From assembly GCA_963790305.1 (NCBI GenBank), contig CAWBOC010000010.1, positions 256,001-320,000 of the forward strand: a stretch of 64,000 nucleotides of DNA, written 5' to 3'. Source of the stretch: an uncultured Gemmatimonadaceae bacterium. Its GTDB lineage: Bacteria > Gemmatimonadota > Gemmatimonadetes > Gemmatimonadales > Gemmatimonadaceae. The notes beneath the pieces are model-generated. The model did not search any database. It saw only the letters and a list, made by a program, of their open reading frames with translations, and was not told where the DNA came from. Both the position numbers and the translations under genes were made by a program. Shown piece after piece: positions 58,978-64,000 of the stretch (its first letter is position 1; every line of letters starts with the position of its first letter).

Positions 58978-61900
58978 TCACGGTACGCTCTGCGCCGGGG
59001 CGTCACGGAGTCGAATGATCCCTTCTCTCGCCACGCGCATCTGGTCGCGCAGCTCCGGCGCGGCCTCCTTCCAGATCCTGAGAAACTCCTCGTATGCGGC
59101 GATCGCGCGCTGCCGGTCGCCTAACTGCTCGTAGAGCTGTCCCCGCGCGAGGAAGCTGCGCGCGTACAGAGGCCACCGTGGGTCGGTGCCAAAGGCAAGC
59201 CCGAGGTCCTTCCGTTGGATCGACTCGTACACGTCAGCGGCGCGGCGTAAGTTACCGAGGCGCGCGAAGATCTCGGCCTGCGCGAATCGTGCGAAGCCAG
59301 ACCCGGCATCGCTCACGAGCCGAGCGGAATCGGGGGAGGGAAAGCGTGCCGCGATCGCGGCAGCGCGCGTGGTGTCGCCAGCGTCGAGCGCCATCAAGGC
59401 CTCGACCTCAGGCGGCACTCGCTTGGGCCCCCAGCGGCGCAGCGGCGCCACGTATGAGCTGTCATGGGTCGTCAGGTACGCCAGTAGAGCGAGGCCTCGC
59501 GCCTGTGCTTGAATGTTCGGAGCAGCTCCGGAGGTCATGCGATCGATCGCGGCAATCGAGGAGTCGAGGGTGCGACGGAGCTGCGGGGAGTCCATCCCGA
59601 GCGCGAGACGAGCCATTGCGCGCCACATAGCGGTGATCGACCGGGTCGACACATTCGCGCCAGGAAGCCTCGGCTCCACGCGAGCGACCAGATCGAGCAC
59701 GCGCTCGTGCTCCGGAAGCGCTCCGTGGAATGCGGCGACATTGGCGGCACCCATCAAGCTTGGCAGTCGACGGAAGCCTCCCGAAGCCACCAGCGAGTCT
59801 ACGCCGTAGGTGTCGAGCGCGGTGCGCAGTGTAGCTAGCGCGTCCGGCGAGCCGGCCAACATCTCGAGCGCGGCCAATGAGTACGGCATGTCTGGCGTGC
59901 GCACGTCCGGGCGCTCCATCGTCTGACGCAGCGCAAGCGCCGCGGAGTCGTAGTGGCCGGCGGCGGCATATCCATCGACGACAGCCGTGTGCGCCTGCGG
60001 CGCATCGGGGTCGAGGTAGCGCCAGTGTTTCGCCTGAACGAGCGCCAACTCCCTCGCCCGCGCGCGCGCCGCCTGCACCCGGTCGGCACCGACGGCACGC
60101 GCGGCCGAATCGTTCGGGATGAGAATCACGCTGTCGCCGACGACGACAATGGGGGATCCCGTCGTCCCGCCGATTTGGTACATCGACAGCTTGTGTGCGT
60201 ACGCGAGGTGAAAGGTCGAATCCAGCGCGAGCGTACGGTCGAAGGCGCGCAGCGCGCGCGTCCACTTGCGGCCGAGCTCCGGATCGAGCCCCTGACCTCC
60301 GGTGCCATGATGGAAATACGCGTCGGCCAACCCGTACCACGCTTCGGCATCGGTCGAGTCGCGCACGAGCAGCGACTCGTATCCGCGCTCGGCGGCGCTG
60401 AGGTAAGCCGACGCTCCCTCGACGTTCCCCTGCGTCTGTGCCGCCAGTCCCTGCGTGAGCTGCTGATAGCTCTCAATGAGCGAGCGCTCGCGTTGCGGTA
60501 GCCGTGTCGCGTGCCGTGCCGCCGCGCGCGCCAGGCGGACGTCGCTCGTGTCGCTGATCGTTCGGCGCCATCCTTGTGCGAGCGCGTTCTTGTAGTAGGC
60601 GAGCGCGAACGTGCTGTCCGCTTCCGTCGCGCGCCGGAACGCGCTATCCGCCTCCGCGAGCTGCCACCGGTTGAGCGCCTTCAGTCCATGCAGGTAGGCG
60701 CGATACGCTTCGAGTGACAATGTGGTCGTCCGCGCGAGCTCCGGCCGCATCGGCGGCGCACCGGCGAGGTCGAGAAGGTCACGCGCGACGGCGTCGAAGA
60801 GCGCGCGCGGGTCGGCAGTCACCGGTGCCCGGTGCTCCGCCGGATCGCCCACCCGCTTCCCACTCGCGACATCGTACGCGCGCGCCACGACCATCAAGGA
60901 GTCGCCGACGCGACTCACCTGTCCGAGCACGACCGTCCAGGCGCCCGCTTCACGCGCCATCTCGCGCGCGTCCTCGAGTCCGATGCGCGGCGCATTGTCG
61001 AGGTCGGCGTCGCGCAGCAGATCCAGGCTGCGCTCGTAGTCGACGACGTTGAGGTCGGTCCAGGAGGCAAGGTTGAGCGTCAGCATGTTGACGCTTCCTT
61101 CGCGGAGCCAGGCCAGCGCGGGATCGTTGCCTTGCACCTCGAATGGCGCCACGAAGATCGACTTGCGCCGATCGACGCCGGCCGGCGCTCCGCCGACGCT
61201 GCGAGCGAACCACACCCCGGCCGCGATCAGCGCCACCGCCGCGGTACCGGCCAGGATCGCCAGGCGACGCCGCGCGCGCGGCCCGCGCGCAACGGCCGCA
61301 TGGCCTTCCCTGCGCCCTTGCACTGCGTCACCGAGGGCAACCGCCATCGCTCCGGCGTCCGGCCACCGCTCGTTAGGGTCCTTGGCCACCGCCCGGTCAA
61401 TGGCATGGGCGAGTGCGGGTGGAACACCATCGGCGCGCGTGGCTACCGGCGGCGGGACCTCGGTGATCTGCTTCGCGATGACCGACACCGGGCTCGCGCC
61501 CGAGAACGTCGGCTCGCCGGCGAGCATCTCGTAGCCGATGAGCCCCAGAGAATAGATGTCGCTCCGCCCGTCGAGCTCGCGCTCGCCGGCTGCTTGTTCG
61601 GGACTCATGTACCGGGGCGAGCCGACGATGAGTCCCGTGCCGGTCATCCGGTCGTCGGTAGCCTCGAGCGCGCGGGCGACGCCGAAATCGGTGAGGTGCG
61701 CGGTGCCCGAGCGCGAATCGATGAGCACGTTCTCCGGCTTGATGTCCCGGTGAACCACGCCCTGCGCATGCGCATAGGCGAGCGCCTCGGCGAGGTCCCG
61801 CAGGACGACGGCCGCGCGCGCGGGAGACAGGCGCTTTTCACGGTCGAGCACATCGCGCAGGCTCTCCCCGTCGACGCACCGCATGATGAAGTAGAGCAGG

Positions 61901-62172
61901 CCGTTGCTCTCGCCCGCGGTGTACACGTCGACAATGTGCGGGTGTCGCAGCCGCGCGATCGTCCTCGCTTCGCGAAGGAATCGCTGGCGAAGCGCGGCGC
62001 TCGAGGCGAGCTCGGGCGCCACCACTTTGACGGCGACCTGCCGGTCCAGTCTGAGATCGCGCGCAAGAAACACCGCGCCCATCCCGCCCGTGCCAAGCGC
62101 GCGCTCCACCTCGTACTCGGGCGCGAGCGCCGCGCGCAACGTCTCGAGCAGTCCGGTGTCGCTGTCGCTCAT
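58978..62172 (-). CDS. Ser/Thr protein kinase with TM, TolB-N-like and TPR regions
   Basis: GTGGMG, HRDIKPEN, DFG, YMSPEQ; TM; TPR helices. Confidence 0.92.
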   Translation of the reverse strand: MSDSDTGLLETLRAALAPEYEVERALGTGGMGAVFLARDLRLDRQVAVKVVAPELASSAALRQRFLREARTIARLRHPHIVDVYTAGESNGLLYFIMRCVDGESLRDVLDREKRLSPARAAVVLRDLAEALAYAHAQGVVHRDIKPENVLIDSRSGTAHLTDFGVARALEATDDRMTGTGLIVGSPRYMSPEQAAGERELDGRSDIYSLGLIGYEMLAGEPTFSGASPVSVIAKQITEVPPPVATRADGVPPALAHAIDRAVAKDPNERWPDAGAMAVALGDAVQGRREGHAAVARGPRARRRLAILAGTAAVALIAAGVWFARSVGGAPAGVDRRKSIFVAPFEVQGNDPALAWLREGSVNMLTLNLASWTDLNVVDYERSLDLLRDADLDNAPRIGLEDAREMAREAGAWTVVLGQVSRVGDSLMVVARAYDVASGKRVGDPAEHRAPVTADPRALFDAVARDLLDLAGAPPMRPELARTTTLSLEAYRAYLHGLKALNRWQLAEADSAFRRATEADSTFALAYYKNALAQGWRRTISDTSDVRLARAAARHATRLPQRERSLIESYQQLTQGLAAQTQGNVEGASAYLSAAERGYESLLVRDSTDAEAWYGLADAYFHHGTGGQGLDPELGRKWTRALRAFDRTLALDSTFHLAYAHKLSMYQIGGTTGSPIVVVGDSVILIPNDSAARAVGADRVQAARARARELALVQAKHWRYLDPDAPQAHTAVVDGYAAAGHYDSAALALRQTMERPDVRTPDMPYSLAALEMLAGSPDALATLRTALDTYGVDSLVASGGFRRLPSLMGAANVAAFHGALPEHERVLDLVARVEPRLPGANVSTRSITAMWRAMARLALGMDSPQLRRTLDSSIAAIDRMTSGAAPNIQAQARGLALLAYLTTHDSSYVAPLRRWGPKRVPPEVEALMALDAGDTTRAAAIAARFPSPDSARLVSDAGSGFARFAQAEIFARLGNLRRAADVYESIQRKDLGLAFGTDPRWPLYARSFLARGQLYEQLGDRQRAIAAYEEFLRIWKEAAPELRDQMRVAREGIIRLRDAPAQSVP

Positions 62173-62181
62173 CGACGTGCG

Positions 62182-64000
62182 CTATCGAAGGGGCGCGGCG
62201 GCGGCGCCAGCCATCCGCTCCGGGTCGAGAGCGCGGTCGAGCTCGTCGCGCGTCATGAGACCGCGCTCCATCACGAGCTCGTACACGCTCCGTCCGCTGT
62301 CGAGGGCGGTGCGCGCGACCTCGGTGGCGGTCTCGTAGCCGATCGTGGGGACGAGCGCGGTCACGATCCCGATCGAGTTCTCGACGAACCAGCGCATCCG
62401 GTCCGGATTGGCGGTGATGCCGAGCACGCACCGCTCGCGAAGCACGACGCAGGCGTTGCGAAGCGACTCCATGCCGCGCAGCAGGCGGAACGCGATGATC
62501 GGCTCGAAGACGTTGAGCTGGAGCTGTCCCGCTTCCGCCGCCAGCGTCACCGTCACGTCGCCGCCGATCACATCGAAGCACACCTGATTGACGACCTCGG
62601 GGATCACCGGGTTGACCTTCCCCGGCATGATCGACGAGCCCGGCTGCATCGGTGGCAGATTGATCTCCGCGAGTCCCGCGCGCGGGCCGGACGACAGCAG
62701 CCGAAGGTCGTTGCAGATCTTCGAGAGCTTCACCGCGCTGCGCTTCACGACTCCCGAGAGCTGCACGAACACGCCGGTGTCGGCGGTCGCCTCGACGAGG
62801 TCGGGTGCCGTGATCACGGGAATGCCGCTGATTCGCTCAATGTGCGCGCGCACTGCTTCCGGATAGTGCTCGGGCGCGTTGATGCGCGTTCCGATGGCGG
62901 TCGCCCCCATGTTGATCTCGCGAATCAACGCCTGCGCTTCGCCCAATCGGTCGACGTCTTCGAGGATCGTGTGCCCGAACGCGACGAACTCCTGGCCGAG
63001 GGTCATGGGCACCGCGTCCTGCAGCTGCGTGCGGCCCATCTTGAGCATTCCGGCGAACTCGCGCCCCTTCGTCTTGAACGCGGCCGCCACCTCGGTCAAC
63101 GACTGTTGCAAGCTGGCAATGCTCGCATGAAGCGCGAGCTTCACCGCCGTCGGGTAGACGTCGTTCGTCGACTGCGAGAGGTTGACGTGATTGTTCGGGT
63201 GCACCACGTCGTAGTCGCCGCGACGGCGGCCCATGAGCTCGAGCGCGCGATTGGCGATGACCTCGTTGGCGTTCATGTTCGTCGACGTGCCGGCTCCCCC
63301 CTGAATCATGTCGACGAGAAAGTGCTCGTGATGCCGGCCCGCCCGAACCTCCTGAGCGGCGCGGACGATGACTTCGGCCAACTCCGGCGGCAGGAGACCG
63401 AGATCCTGATTGGCGAGCGCTGCTGCCTCTTTCACGATGGCGAGCGCGTTGATCAGGGTCGGGAACTCGCGCAACGCCACACCAGTGATCGGGAAGTTCT
63501 CCACCGCGCGGAGCGTCTGGATCCCATAGAGCGCGTCGTCCGGAACCTGACGGTCGCCGAGCAGGTCGTGCTCCTCGCGGGTGCGGCCACCGCCGAAGCC
63601 CATGGTGCGCCCACGTCCGACCAGCGTCGCGTCGGCCGCTCGGAGGCGCTCGGAGATCGCCCGCGCGGCCCGCGCGACGAGCGATGCGTACAGCGTGGCG
63701 CGATCCTTCAGGATCTCCTGAATGTCCGCCGCTTCGAGATACGCGAGCTCCGTCCGCTCGAGCGTGCGCGCGCTCGTGCCGTGCGGCGAGTCATCGAGCA
63801 GAATCCCTTCGCCAAGCGCTTCGCCCGCGCCGAGGCTGGCGAGTCGCTCGACTCGGTCGCCGCGGCGTTTTTCGATCGCGACGCTTCCGCTGACGATGAT
63901 GCCGAACAGGTGGCGCGGATCGCCCTCGCGGAAGATCGTTTCATCCGCTTCGAGGGTCCGCTCCCGCATGCGCCGCGAGAGATGCCAGAGGTTTTCCTGC
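62182..64000 (-). CDS. aspA: Aspartate ammonia-lyase with N-terminal cNMP-binding domain (5' partial)
   Basis: GGAGTSTNMN, SQSTND, GRTQLQDA, GSSIMPGKVNP; IFREGD...SG.V...LG.GE..GE N-terminal domain; frame open to the window edge. Confidence 0.93.
   Translation of the reverse strand, partial: QENLWHLSRRMRERTLEADETIFREGDPRHLFGIIVSGSVAIEKRRGDRVERLASLGAGEALGEGILLDDSPHGTSARTLERTELAYLEAADIQEILKDRATLYASLVARAARAISERLRAADATLVGRGRTMGFGGGRTREEHDLLGDRQVPDDALYGIQTLRAVENFPITGVALREFPTLINALAIVKEAAALANQDLGLLPPELAEVIVRAAQEVRAGRHHEHFLVDMIQGGAGTSTNMNANEVIANRALELMGRRRGDYDVVHPNNHVNLSQSTNDVYPTAVKLALHASIASLQQSLTEVAAAFKTKGREFAGMLKMGRTQLQDAVPMTLGQEFVAFGHTILEDVDRLGEAQALIREINMGATAIGTRINAPEHYPEAVRAHIERISGIPVITAPDLVEATADTGVFVQLSGVVKRSAVKLSKICNDLRLLSSGPRAGLAEINLPPMQPGSSIMPGKVNPVIPEVVNQVCFDVIGGDVTVTLAAEAGQLQLNVFEPIIAFRLLRGMESLRNACVVLRERCVLGITANPDRMRWFVENSIGIVTALVPTIGYETATEVARTALDSGRSVYELVMERGLMTRDELDRALDPERMAGAAAAPLR

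Overview
GC-rich bacterial chromosomal window with about 45 CDS. The gene mix (three Hanks kinases, an Oar-type TonB receptor, Tat sugar oxidoreductases) is tentatively Gemmatimonadota-like, which is inference only. I saw no rRNA, tRNA, CRISPR, integrase or transposase. Main content: a sugar locus (2 GH130, clan GH-A hydrolase, GH13, ABC transporter whose binding protein is fused to an enzyme-like domain), an MFS/TonB/GMC locus, a caa3-type oxidase operon, dacB, NAPRTase, signalling proteins and a cNMP-domain aspartase. Signals the ORF track misses: (1) an AhpD/CMD-family selenoprotein candidate at 24205-24774 with CxxU, an in-frame TGA and a SECIS-like hairpin; (2) about 20 palindromic elements built from inverted 7-mer or 9-mer arrays, some translated in frame inside enzymes, two sharing a covarying multi-stem core and two sharing a 17-bp terminal repeat; (3) a recurrent GTTAGG/CCTAAC hexamer that forces rare codons; (4) three frameshifts that may be sequencing errors. 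All family calls come from motif recognition by eye, not database searches.
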